A DNA stretch of 64,000 nt from Curvularia clavata (lineage: Eukaryota): assembly GCA_023920165.1 (NCBI GenBank), contig CP089280.1, forward strand, positions 1,488,001 through 1,552,000. The letters are read 5' to 3'. A program made the translations under genes and the position numbers. A model generated the notes under the pieces. The model saw only the letters and a program-made list of their open reading frames with translations. It did not search any database and was not told the DNA's origin. Within the stretch, counting starts at the first letter, position 1; every line of letters starts with the position of its first letter. Below are positions 40,029 to 52,702 of this stretch, in pieces.

Positions 40029-42266
40029 ATGATGCCGCGAACACGAGAGAAAGTCTTACCTTTTGTTTTCAACGGACCTCAACCTTCCTATTTCCCAACG
40101 AGCAGGGATGCACCAGAACCACCACCTAATGAATATCGGGCTTCAGCACACGAAAAGCCCTCTCTTGACCTACCGGGCCGCCTCGAGCAAAAGCTTGCAC
40201 AATACAATGCATCCCAAAGTGTCCTCAAGCGTTGGTTGTTCGAAATCACAAGCGTCACAATAAGTGCAGTTTGTATGGGTACGAGGATCCTCATTCATTC
40301 AACTTCGCATGTGTCGCTGACTAGTTATTTTTTCAGGCGCAATTATCGGCATCCTGCATTACCTCAAAGACAAGCCCCTCAACGCATGGGCTCCCGGCCT
40401 CACTATTATCACAATTCTCTCAAAAGTTGCGTCAGCGGCGCTCATCTTACCAATATCCGAGGCCATCGGACAGCTTAAGTGGACTTGGTTCCATGGTGAA
40501 AAGTCTAGAGATGTATTCGACTTTGAGATCTTTGATAAAGCGTCGCGTGGTGCTTGGGGCTCGTTCATGCTCTTGTGTCGCACAAAGGGCAAGTCGCTCG
40601 CCGCACTAGGTGCTCTTCTAACAATCCTTCTGCTGGCAATCGATACGTTCTTCCAACAGGTAACCGACTTGCCAGAACGCTGGAAAGAGCAGGGTGAAAG
40701 CTTTATACCACGCATTGTCCGTTACGAACCGGCTCCCGAAAATCAATACCAGGACGACGATACTATACCATTGGCCCTAACGAACAACGAGCTTCGGAGA
40801 GGGATATACCCGTTCTTCTATAACCAGAATGGAACTCGTCCGCTTACGACAGGGAATGCCACGCAAGCCGAGATACCGCTTGTGTGTCCTACCGGTACAT
40901 GCGAATGGCCATCATACGAGACTTTGGGGGTTTGTAGTGCCTGTGAGGATGTCTCGCACCTGCTTGAATACGCTTGCCTTACGACAAAAATGGATTGGAT
41001 TAGGACAGCGAAGGGTCCTGAATTGAATGCTTCTAGCTTTCCACGAGGTATGTTCCACTTATGTACTGAACTTCCTGCTCATTCTCTACAATTCCACAAA
41101 TTATATTCAATGGGTTTGGTATGACCACCAATCCGTCTCAAAGCCGACACCGTCTTTTGCTACTAGCTAATTATTTGTTAACAGATACTGCATGTGGCTA
41201 TTTTCTGAATGCAACCAGCGACAATCCTGTCCTGATGTCAGGTTTTCGAGTTGATAACCTCACCAATCCTGTCCCGGGCGAGACTCTTCTCATGCGGACT
41301 CTGCCGCTCGTCACCAATCTGTTCAGAGAACCACTTTATGGCAACGCGACCATCAGTTTCGATCATATCCAATATCGAATATTAGACGCGTTGATCGTGA
41401 GCTCTGCTGATGGCACTGCTGACAGTGTTTACAAAAAACAGCGCCCTATCGCTCAGGAATGCATGTTGACGTGGTGTGTCAAGACGCTCCGTTCTTCATA
41501 TCAATCTGGTGACTATCGAGAAGAAGTACAAGAGGTGTTTATAAACAACACCAAGGCAGCTTACCCATGGACTGCCATAGTTCATGCCGAAGAACAATAC
41601 GTCGAACAAGGTTTTGCGCCAAATATCAGCATACGTCCCCCCTCGCTAGCAACAGACAAGCCTGCATTCGGGGTTTCCAATGAGACATTCTTCGACTTTG
41701 TGATCATTTTTGACGAGATTTTTCCGTCCATGATTACAGTTACCAGCCCAACGGCGGCGCCCGGCATTAAGATATTTACTAGTAACTCAAAAACATCCCA
41801 ATGGCGTTCCTTCCGATTCAGCCCTTGGCTCGCACCAAATAACGTCACGTACCACTTAGAACGAATGGCTCAAGCTATGACGAATGTGATCAGATCTGAC
41901 ACAGAAAGTAGCGAGCTTATTGCCGGCACTGCTTATGCACGAGAAACATACGTTGCAGTTCATTGGGGCTGGCTTGCGTTTCCGTTAGCAATGCTCTTTC
42001 TAAGTGGTATTTTTCTGGTTTCGACAATTTTAAAAACCTCAAGCGGGAATTACGAAGATATTGGCGTGTGGAAGACATCGGCAATGCCAACTTTGATGTA
42101 TAGTCTACCGAAAGACATACAACATGGGGTTCTATCGACAACTCGCCCAAGGACTATGACAAGCAAGCGCTCAAGTAGGGTTCGAATTAGACTGTTACCC
42201 AAACAAGGCTGGAGGGTTTCTGGCCAAATACCTGCTAGACCACCTCCTCCACCTGGCTTCTTCTAG
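40029..42266 (+). CDS. DUF3176-type multi-pass membrane protein, paralog 2 (2 introns)
   Basis: Exons ~40029-40278, 40337-41047 and 41185-42266; start codon uncertain. Motifs PISEAIGQLKWTWF, DFEIFDKASRGAWGS, LAIDTFFQQV, CPTGTCEWPSYETLGVCSAC and VAVHWGWLAFP; collinear with paralog 1. Confidence 0.85.
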
Positions 42267-45200
42267 TGTAGTATTATACTGTAGACTCTTTATGAGTTAA
42301 TGGTGAATGATGGATTTCTTCATCGAGATTCTAGGACGTACAGCTCATCGAGTTCGAACAAATTCTATTTCATCTGAGTTCGGGCGGTTTGAAGCTGTGC
42401 CGTAGCACTAACAGCGAGGCTACGATAGGTACATGATAACGAATCGCAAGGCCAGGCTCGTGAAGCGTGATACCAAGACTCAAATCTAGAAAATGCTGCG
42501 GATTGGCATTCATCGTTACTATTCTACTAGGGAAGTTTCCGTCATGTTTAGCGCTTCGATATCTCCAGATGCAAGCATGTTGGTAGCACGGAGTTTATCC
42601 GACACCGAACCGTCGTCCTCAAATAACAGATGATTTCACCTCTCTACCTTATTATTGCACAAAATGATTTTCGATCTCTAGGGGTAATGGGCAGAGTCCC
42701 AGATTCCGACTCAGTACGACTTGGTTGTACATCTCAGATTTGCTTCATCTGGTTGCATGCAGCGAATTGTTGAATCTAATGGCCGCACCGTTCAGACACA
42801 TCAACCCAAGCTCCACACCGGCACAGAATAGTGCTTTATCGGTTTTACATTACCGACTCTCAATAGCTGTACTCCCAAATCAACTAGGACATGGGCCAGA
42901 TATGTCATACTCATGTGGTTCGACTACGAAAAAGAAATTCCCACTGTATATTACACAACGACTGAAAAAAAGGTTGCGGGATACGACGCATTTCGAAATA
43001 TTCTCTTGCGATGATTCAAATACATATTTCCTTTCCAAATTTGTGCCATTCCTATGACTCATATCTTCATACAAAGCTTTCCCAGCACACCTAATACCAA
43101 GGTCGCATGCGTGTAATGCTAAAGTTGGATCGCCAGATGCTAGAGATTTTTACTGCCTTCCCTCGTAATTCTATCAGGCCCTAATCGGTTGCCGCACCTA
43201 TACTGCAGCATCTTTTGCCTGCAGTTCGCGAACGGAGAGGGGCTCATACACGGTAAATATGATCCACAGCCTCAACTTCTCTTCTCACTCACTTCTACCA
43301 CTTTCAACTTCCATTTCTATATTGATACCACCGCTATATACATCTGTTGTCTAGTCCTACTAACTCACTCCACTAATCGCGAACGTCCAGGGAGTATACA
43401 GTATACCCGCAATATTTACGATCGAGGCGCGCGTTCGCAGGATACCAGTACCAGCCTTCCAGTTCATCACCATTCCGAATATCGCTGACCTTGATGCCAA
43501 GCCGTAGCGCTGGGTCGTTGTATTCTTTCCGAACGCCAGAGTAACGGGTGATGCCGTTCTTGTGGACTTAGCCTTCAGGCCGCATATCACACCATATGCG
43601 AATTGCGTTTATATCGCAACGGTCAACCCAGGATTTGCCAATGGGCATTTTCACGCTCCAGGTTTGGGGCTCATAGTTCCCCTTTTGATACCATCGGGGG
43701 CGTTCCAAAAGGAGACCTCGAGAATGTCGCAGCGCAAGAACGATGCTGACCGAATCGCAACTTCCTGGTTGCGATTTACTTCATACCACTCTCGCTTCAA
43801 AGAGAGAGGCTAGTATCGGAACGGACTGCCTCTCATAGGGAATTCGGCAAAGTTGAAGTTTAAGCCAAAGGCTTACGGGCGTTCGCCCCCTTCTGTATCT
43901 CGTCGGCGGGAATCCAACGGAGTGAATCCAAGGAAAGATTACTTTTCATGTCTGGGGGCTGCAAAGATCGAAAAAGAAGAGACATCTAGTGTTCTAGGAT
44001 GTTGAGAATGGGTCCGGGTGTTCTGCGATCATTTTCAAGTAGGGATCAAATAATGTGCTTCTTTGGCACGGTCTCGGAGAAAGTAAAAAAGCTAAGATGT
44101 GAACCTCCATACTTCTGATGTTCATGGTTCTTTGTAATTCGATCATGGCCGTTGGCAGATTGGCCAGTATAACGAAATTCTTACCCCTCGACAAGGAGGA
44201 GGTGCATATATATGACGCTGTGGCGAGGATATTCGGTTAAGACTTGCCGCTTCAGCCTTTTATGATGGTAAATAACAGTTATAGTAGGCCGAAGGTAATT
44301 CCATACTTGTAATGCTTCCACAGTGTTGCCTGGCCCCACATTTGTAGATCCAGGCTGGAAGGAGGCCCTTGCACTCCTTGATGGTTTGAGCAGGGTTGTC
44401 AAGTTGCTCTTGGTAAAAGGTCAAGACCCTTTCGTAATGGCACTTTGCTGGTAGAACCTCACGGACGAGATGTTCAAGGATATAGAGCGGGGGCGTCGGG
44501 TGCTCTTCATTCGCCCTTGCTTTATTAGCTACATGCTGTGCGGGTGCGGGATCGTTATCTACATCGAGAACACGCTTGGTGGTGAGCTTGGAGGATACTG
44601 TAGTCGCCGCAGTGGACCAAGATATGTCTAGCGTGCGTGGTATGGTCACCCATCATCCTCTGGTCAATTGTATAGTCTGGCGGAAACAGCAAGCCATCCT
44701 TAGCCTTACGCAGATGGAAGCTTTCAACTTGAAACTGGGTAGGCTGGCCAACAAGCTTTTCTACCTAGTAATCAATCGTGTTAGCAAAAGCGTTTGCAAT
44801 AGGTAAGGGAGGGCAGAGATGCGATAGTTACCTTAGGCAGCTGGCCGGCACTGAGCCAGGCATCGATGACGGCGTTGATGTTGGCCATCTGGATGATGTG
44901 TTAGCAAGCAAACACAGGAGAAGTAAGCCTGGGAGGTGAGACTACGTAAGTGCAGGGCGTGGACTACGTAGCGCTCCACTAGCGGTGCCCGATATGCGCA
45001 CGCACCATCTACCTCTATCACTCCTCTACCCAGTGTCTCACTTTGTAGACTAATCAATATACTTGACCCTACTCATACTTTTACAAGTAAAGGCAAGGTC
45101 AATATATCCCAGCTGCCTTCTCATCAAGCCACCACTGTCACGTGCCTCCTGTTCTCGCGGATTCGTGTCACGCTTTAGCGAAGCTGATGTAGTCGCTCAT

Positions 45201-45486
45201 CACACGATACTACACAGCGGCGCAAAAAATCGAAAAGTCTTGATTAACCTTTTTATCTACCGTTCTTCCTCAAACTCCAGATAGAGGAAGCACCATGTCG
45301 TGCCCAAGACTTTTGTGACGTTATGCCGTGACGTGGTTGTGAATCGCTTTCCATCACCCTAGCCCTCTAAAAAGAAAATAGATCCCCGAACGCCCATTTA
45401 CCCAACCCGCTACCCTGCAGCATTGTTTCCGTCATGGTATTTTGACAGCCGCGTTTGTCGGTAACCCCCACGGCATGTCTGGTATC

Positions 45487-46162
45487 TCATCCAATAAGCT
45501 CAAGCTCACTGGGGTACCCAGGCATCAGCGCATCATTGCCTCCAAACCCAGCGCCCATCTCCAGCAAATCGGTGCTAAGCCTCTGGGCATCGAACGACAG
45601 GTTCGCCAGGGGCGCTCCAGAGTCCAGTCCGTGGATCTCATTGAGCGCATCAAGCGCGTCATCCGAGTTGCGTGTTGATGCAGCTGACGACGGGCCGTCT
45701 TGCTGCATCATGCCTTCGTGGAATTGGAAGTATCGCTGGCGCACCCAGCGAAAGTAGATGGCGAGGACGTCCCTGTGGTCTGGAATACCGCTGGTGGCGA
45801 GGGCGTGGTGGGACGGGCCCTTGACTAGAGCAGGGGGATCAGCGGGGAAGCTCAGGAACGTGGATCCTCATGCAGCCAGGCGGCCTGCGTAGTCTCTGGT
45901 ACGCTAGGCGTCGGTACCTTCGTACCGTATCCGTGTACAAGTAAGAGACAGGGCAGTAAGCTGACTTACTAGAGTAAAACATGTTTCTCAGTGGCAACGA
46001 CGGATAGTCTACGGCATTACCAGGATACAGTGGCAGGAGGGTGGAAAGTGGTGGTGGATGAAAGTGAACCGGCACGGAGCGGATCCGAGCTTTTTGTATG
46101 GTGCAGTGCTGGAGGGGAGGTCCTCTCGGGCAGTGAATGTTGGCGCCGTTGGACTGGCGTGG
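45487..46162 (-). pseudogene. Degenerate small spliced gene of unknown function
   Basis: Protein-like segments (PVQRRQHSLPERTSPPALHH...; QLTALSLTCTRIRYE / VPTPSVPETTQAAWLHE; KGPSHHALATSGIPDHRDVLAIYFRWVRQRYFQF...) separated by intron-like 3' ends (…CTCTAG). No ATG and no clean spliced frame. Confidence 0.3.
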
Positions 46163-49100
46163 CGCTGTAATGGCGGCCGCACAGGGTAAAGCAACAGAAA
46201 ATGACGCTGTATTGGCAGTCAGGCTGGGGTGGTGTAAAGATATACGGCGTTGCGCAAGATGCTGGTTTCGTTGACAAGGGGATTTGACGACTTGCGCAAT
46301 AACTCAGTACGGACAAGCAGCAAGATGCGCAAACGCGTCCACGTCGCATTTATAACCATCCCTCCCGGCGGCCACATTGGAGACCGGATAGCAGAGCCTC
46401 AAAAATTAGGCAGAGCGATTTGCTGTCCCATACAGTATGACGATGCAGTAGCTTACCCTGAAACCTGGGTTGCTGTATTAGCGGGCTTGGCTTGGCTGGT
46501 GGTCGAGTCCTAAAACGAACACCAAAAGGTGGGTGGCGAAAGCAGAGCCGGAGATTTTGATGTCCCGTCGTGGAATGAGCTCGGCTGGCCTGTTGCTGCA
46601 CATTAGCCGGACCCGGGGCAAGAGGGTGTCCACAAAGCAGCTGCGTCTTGCGATACGCTGAAAGTTGTTTCAGAAACTTGACCGGAAACCGCTGCAGGAG
46701 AAGTGTGAACGCTGGGAAATGGCGGCACTCATGGTGCCCCTTTCTTGCATACGTCAAAGGTTCACGCAAGGTATGTTCGCGTCTGCACCCAATCTGACAG
46801 GCACAGCTGCCAACCACTGAGAATGGTCTCTTCCGGCCCCTTTGCTTACGCGGTCCGTGATAACGCATCAAAAAAAAATTCTCGTTATCCACGCCTCGAA
46901 GCGCACGAGACACTGCCCTGACTCCAGTACGTAACGCGAGCCCTGCATGCGGGGTACACACCATGTATGATAGCCCGGTATACGTAGAGGTCTGAGCCAT
47001 CAGCAATGATGGCATTTGAGGGCAACTGTGCTGGACAGTTGGCCCTTTCTTGATCAGTGCGCGACAGTACTTGGTCTCTTTCCTTCGACACTGCAGAAAA
47101 TTTGACAGCTGCAGACCCCTGTGGTGTGCTTTGAAATGGAGAAGGCACAAGGGCTCGCGGAACGAATGTGCCAGCCCGGAATTGCGGGGGACACTCTGAA
47201 GTGGGAGGCGATTAGCGATTAGTGTGGGATGAGATGTGCTACCCCGCAAGTGTACCTTTTTAAAGTAGTTCAATATCGCATCTTTGCAATTGGGTAGATG
47301 CAAGACGTGGAATGTGCAACGTACCTTTCTGCTGTCGCATTCTTGAGTAGTAGTGTTGCGTCTCAGCACATGTCTGGTCGAACCCAGCACGACTTGCGAA
47401 GACTTGGTCTGCAAACCAGTAATACACGGCCACAAACTTGGTTTAGACACTAACACCTTTCTGAAAACATCGTGATGACCAGATCGATTTTGTTGGGAAC
47501 CGGGCCAAGTGCACGAGCCCGTTTGCCTGATTTTTGAAAGCACGGGGGCTCACAATCTGAATTTTGAGGCCCCCATGACGGAGCCGTGACCTAGGCGGAT
47601 TCGTGGTTGCGGCGTTAAGTAAGCAAGCCCACGAACCGGTACTGCCAAAGCCGGTCCCAGAATTTGGACATAACCACAGTGCCAGTTTGCCACCCTACTC
47701 CAGGATGTATCCACTGCGTAAAAAGGAGGTGCCTGGTTCAGTGACAATCATCTCGATGCACGGAAAAATGAAGCATTTTGGACATATTTTCACTTGTCAG
47801 TCAGCCACAATATGATGGCCCTTGGGCTAGATTGTCGTCGTGTGACACAACGCGTTGACCTGCTGTATCGTGAAGCCCCAGGACCTGTTTCTGCAAATCC
47901 GAATTTTCAGTATCATGGCGCAGCCTTTGTTGTTGGAAGTGATCTGCGTTGCAATCTAAGCGCTGGTGGCGTTTCTGGGGCGTTATCGACCTCTCGACAG
48001 GCCAGCGGTGTCATACATCCTCGGTCGTACTTCCGGCGTCCAAATCCTCTCACGATCTGACATTTAGAAACCCCAGATATCGGGTGGTGGCCTGGAGTAC
48101 GTGCACGCATGCGTGGTGGTTGAAGCTTCAAGATGAAGTGCCTCGGCACGCCTCCATCTCACTGCCCACACCTATCGCATTTCTAGGCAGCATCCAATGC
48201 ACCGCCTCCAAAGCCAAATAAATTTTTGATGTACCTCTTTTTCTACGGATACTCAGACTCGTTGTGTCTCTCAGGCATATGGAGCTCCATTTTCCAGAAT
48301 CGATCGGTCGGATAAACAGTGCACGGCTTTTAATGCAAACACATCTCTCCAAGTTGTGGCAACGTCGCCTGCTCCTGAAGAAAAAGAAACTCTGGGCAGA
48401 ACTCTCGGGTCAAAGATTCCTCCGCCATGCTGCGTGAAGGTTGCACAGCCGCAGTGTTGAGGCAGCATCTGTGCTTGGCACCAGCACAGCCACCAGCACG
48501 GCCACCATCAATCCCAGAAGCTATTAGATCCTCTCAACAAGATGAGAATTCCTAGTGTTCGTACCCTAGACAGTCTCAGGCTCCAGTTTACAGTAAAATG
48601 TTAGGTGGTATACCAAGTTGTGGCGGTGCCTTTGCGAAGGCAGTACATATAAGGCGCAGTGCTTGGACCGTTGATGGTTCAGTACAGCGTTGAACAAACA
48701 GGTCATGGAGATAGCCATTAGAAGTGACGTGAACTGCGGTAGCCTCAAATTCCGGACATCGTGAGCAGAGAAAGAGAGATCCTTGTGAGGTCACATGATC
48801 AGCTCTTGTCCAACTCCATCGCTGCACTCATCTCAGAAGTACCACCGTACAAATATACGTATTTGTCTCAATAGTTGTCTCTGAAGTTCTCGTTTGTAGC
48901 CTGAAGCTCATCAGCGAAAAAGATAAGAGAAGTTTGTCCGTCATCACGTGATGAGTTCACACTGAGCACTTTCACCATGTCGACAATAGATGCAGCAATG
49001 AAATTTGACGTGCGTTCTTCTCAGGAATTTGACCTAAAGCTCTGTCTGACACATTTCAGCGACTCGTTTGCTATGCAGTCATTGCTAATTCTCCGTATGC

Positions 49101-49478
49101 AGGGCAACACCCTGTGCCTGTACAGCAAGGTACCTTAGCTGTTGATTTCTTGGCACCTAACGTACCAACTCTTTGGACCTCTCTAGTGTTCTGCAGCCCT
49201 ATTACCCCTATGCTCTTGCATGCCTTATACTCGTCTCAAGGATACCAAGGTCTTGGTATGAACAGGACAACATGACGAGAAAGACAATTGACTTCCACAC
49301 TAGCTCGGCTAAGTCGAGTTAACCTGGTGGCCTGATTGAGAGCGAGTGGAGTACGTTGGGATGGTGGCTGTTTCCAATACCGCGTGGTCGCGCAAAAGGC
49401 TTGAAAAAATGCCCTTGGAGCTCCACTCTGAAGCTCCAAATTATACTGAACCCGGTAACGTCCGAGCCAAATGCGACG

Positions 49479-49993
49479 ATCTGATAAGATTAGATGTCAT
49501 CGTGACCCTTTCCAACCCACTAGCGCCGGAGGCAATGAGGGGCAGTTGCAGAGCTAGTCGCCATTCCGTAGCTCCATCTATCCAACTTGTGGCCATCAGC
49601 CCAGCCGCCGCTTGCTCGAATACAGGCTTCTTGAAGCGAAAATCTGAGTGTTTTCATTCCATGTAGAAATTGTGAGGTTCTTGTACGCCTTGTCCCTCTA
49701 GCCCATCGGGAACGCGGGGACCGCGGTAGATTATCACGCGATTTCCACGTGAGGCCAGCAATAAAAGCCGCTACCATCCCTCGGGTGCTTCCATCGGTTG
49801 GGCGAGACCTGCTGCCATTAAGACCTGACTGAGGCTTCGGCGCGGATTGCTGGATTAGACGACCTGGAAGCTATGGCCGCCACCCATCATACGGGCCAAG
49901 CTCTTGGCAATGCAGGCTTGTGGTGGGGCTTCTAATGAGCGAGAGGAAACATTGGATCTTATCTGATCATCTAGGACTTATCTGATCATCTAG
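49479..49993. promoter_or_regulatory. Three SreA/Sre1-type iron-repression GATA elements (ATCWGATAA)
   Basis: ATCTGATAA at 49479-49487. TTATCTGAT (reverse complement ATCAGATAA) at 49959-49967 and 49978-49986, inside a 17-bp direct repeat. All lie upstream of the siderophore transporter. Confidence 0.8.
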
Positions 49994-50241
49994 CCGTTGC
50001 TAAGGCTGTCTGGGCACCGCATCCTACCCAGGTGGTGGGAAACAATCCCAAGCCACCGGGCGGAATAAAATGGGCAAATTTTTCATATGCTGCTCCTGTG
50101 CTGCCTTCCTTGTCCGGTTCTCGGCGTGGGGCCTGGGGATACTTAAGAATGTTCATCTGCCGGTGTTGAGATCGACATCCACCTGCACTCCAATTCTGTA
50201 CCCTGCCTCGCCCGGCATCTTTTCGACAGTCTGTTTTGATC

Positions 50242-52126
50242 ATGTCGGACACGCTTGCAACCGACGTAGTGCGGCCCGCAGAAGGCTTCACTCGCCCATC
50301 ACACGATATCGACATCGAAAAGAGAGGCGACGGCGCAGTCCATGCCCACGAGACAAACAGTGACGCCGAGACCAAGTCTGTTGAATCGGATAACTTTCAA
50401 AATGGTGTTCAACGTGTTCGCGCCATCACCGAGATTTGGAGCAAGGAAACACTGATTATCATGTTCATCTTGTATGTCGCTCGCCTTCAGAGCAAGACCA
50501 CTTACTAATTGGCTCTTAGCTTGTACCTCATCGAATTCGTTGCTTTTCTGCAGAATGCTATCGACGCGGCACTCAACCCATTCATCACCTCAGCTTTTGG
50601 CACACATGGACTGTTGACCGTTTCAAGCGTCATGGCGACTGCACTGAGCGGCTGCATACCCCTCCTTATTGCCAAAGTAATCGATGTTTTTGGCCGTGTA
50701 GAGGGCTTCTTCGTCATGCTGATCCTTGTCGTCACCGGTATGGCTATGAAAGCCGCTTGCCACAACGTGCAGACATACATGGCTGGTCACGTTCTCTACT
50801 GGGCGGGCCACATTGGTGTACTATATGTTACCGACATCATGGCTGCTGATATCACTACCTTGAAGAACCGAATGATTATCTTCACGATCAACGGAACGCC
50901 TCGTATTGCCAGCACATTCGCCGGCCCCAAGATTGCCGATCTGTTCTACTACCACAACAACTGGCGCTGGGCTTTCGGTGCCTTTATCATCATCTTTATT
51001 GGCTGCTGCCTGCCTGCGATGGTTGTTATGATCTTCATGTACCGCAAGGCCAAGAACGCCGGTTTGGTCAAGTCGCAAAAGTCCGAGCGCAACGTCTTGC
51101 AGTCGCTGTGGTACTACTTTGTACAGTTTGACAGTAGGTGTCTCATACGCTACAGAAATGACGTACTAACAAAATCTAGTCTTTGGCATCATACTCATCA
51201 TGTGCGCGTGGTGCTTATTCGTCCTTCCCTTCACTCTCGTGGCATACGCTCCCAACGGCTGGAAGACGCCCTACATCATCGCCTGCATTGTGCTTGGTCT
51301 CGTGCTCTTCCCAGTGTTCTACCTCTGGGAGGCTAAGTTCGCGCCTGTCCAGTTTTTGCCTTGGGTCTACCTCAAGAACGGAACTATTGTCGGCTCGTGT
51401 CTTCTTTACGGAGTCATGTTCCTGTCTGTGTTTTGCTGGAACGGATACTTCAACTCGTACTTGCTTGTCGTTCACAGACAGAGCATCACCAATGCTGGAT
51501 ACATCCTCAACGCCTTCTCCCTTACGTCGTCGGTTTTCAGCCCAATAATTGCGTCGTGGATCAGGTACTCTGGAAACTTCAAGTGGACTGCTTACGTTGG
51601 TGTACCCATCGTCCTGCTCGGTACTGCTCTTTTGATCCCACTCCGAGCTCCATCTACCAATCCTGGTGTTCTTGCCTTTACGCAGATCCTCGTTGGTCTT
51701 GGCACAGGATTTTTCGTTACATGCGCTCAGCTTGCCGTCATGGTCCCTGTCACGCACCAAGAGATTGCCGTCATCAACGCAATCTGGGGTCTCTTTGGTA
51801 GCTTTGGCTCTTCTATTGGTTACGCCATTGCTGGAGCCATGTGGAACAACATCCTTCCTCAACAACTGCTTATGCGTTTACCTGAATCTAAGAAAGCAGA
51901 CTATCGCACCATCTTTGGCGACATCACCGTTCAAATGTCCTTCCTCGACGGCACACCCGAACGCGATGCCGTTGTTGGCGCATATGCTGATGTGCAACGC
52001 AAGATGGTCATCACCGGTGCATGCTTCGTTCCGCTTTGCCTAGCTTGCATCTTTGTTTGGAAGAATATCAATGTCAAGAAGTTGGAAGAGGAGAAGGGCA
52101 AACAGACTAAGGGCAACGTCTTTTAA
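50242..52126 (+). CDS. MFS siderophore-iron transporter (MirB/Sit1/Arn family)
   Basis: Exons 50242-50471, 50520-51133 and 51180-52126. Motifs FQNGVQRVRAITEIWSK, PFITSAFGTHGLL, AKVIDVFGRVEGF, ADITTLKNR, NWRWAFGAF and GTPERDAVVGAYADVQRKM. Confidence 0.92.
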
Positions 52127-52702
52127 ACGGTTTCATGTAAGATAGCCAACGTAGTCTTAGCCTTGGTTCAACGTATAAAGTCATGATTGGGATACCCTTA
52201 TTGTTATGGACCGTGTCATAGTTAACAACAAATTGGAAAATTCATAATATTGCTAGCTGTACATCTTCCCTGCTAATTTTGTATGACCTGGTCAATATAC
52301 GGTCTAATTAATTAACCGAATGGAGCATCACATGTCATCACCTGTAGCAGCCTGTTACTCAGTATTCCCGCTCCTAAGCTTCCGCACGTGACTGACGTAA
52401 AACGCCGGTACCGCCACCGCTACAAACGGAGACATACCAGCTGCTGCCTACAATTCGTTTGCTGCTGCCTAAGCGGCGTTTGATCTGACATCGCAACTCG
52501 TGGTGAAGCCAACTTCGCTGGCGGTGAAGCAGCGGTACGCTAGTACTACCCTTTGGTATATAAACCTGCCCATCCGCTCCTCTGCTCCTTCACTCTACAA
52601 CTCATTTGTAGTTCTGGCATTCGTTGTTGCCAGAGTTGATTGTCTATATATTAGTGCTTTCCGCCATAGCCACCACGTATATACAGTCCGATTACATCGG
52701 TC

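Noticed and set aside
41119..41124. Second donor-like GTATGA inside intron 2 of DUF3176 paralog 2
   Set aside because: Its use would be out of phase with the acceptor at 41184. The upstream donor gives the frame that matches paralog 1.
45860..45910. A-to-I editing rescue of the TAG in the degenerate gene
   Set aside because: A second stop follows in that frame and the defect is better explained as a frameshift. Such editing is also not established for this inferred lineage.
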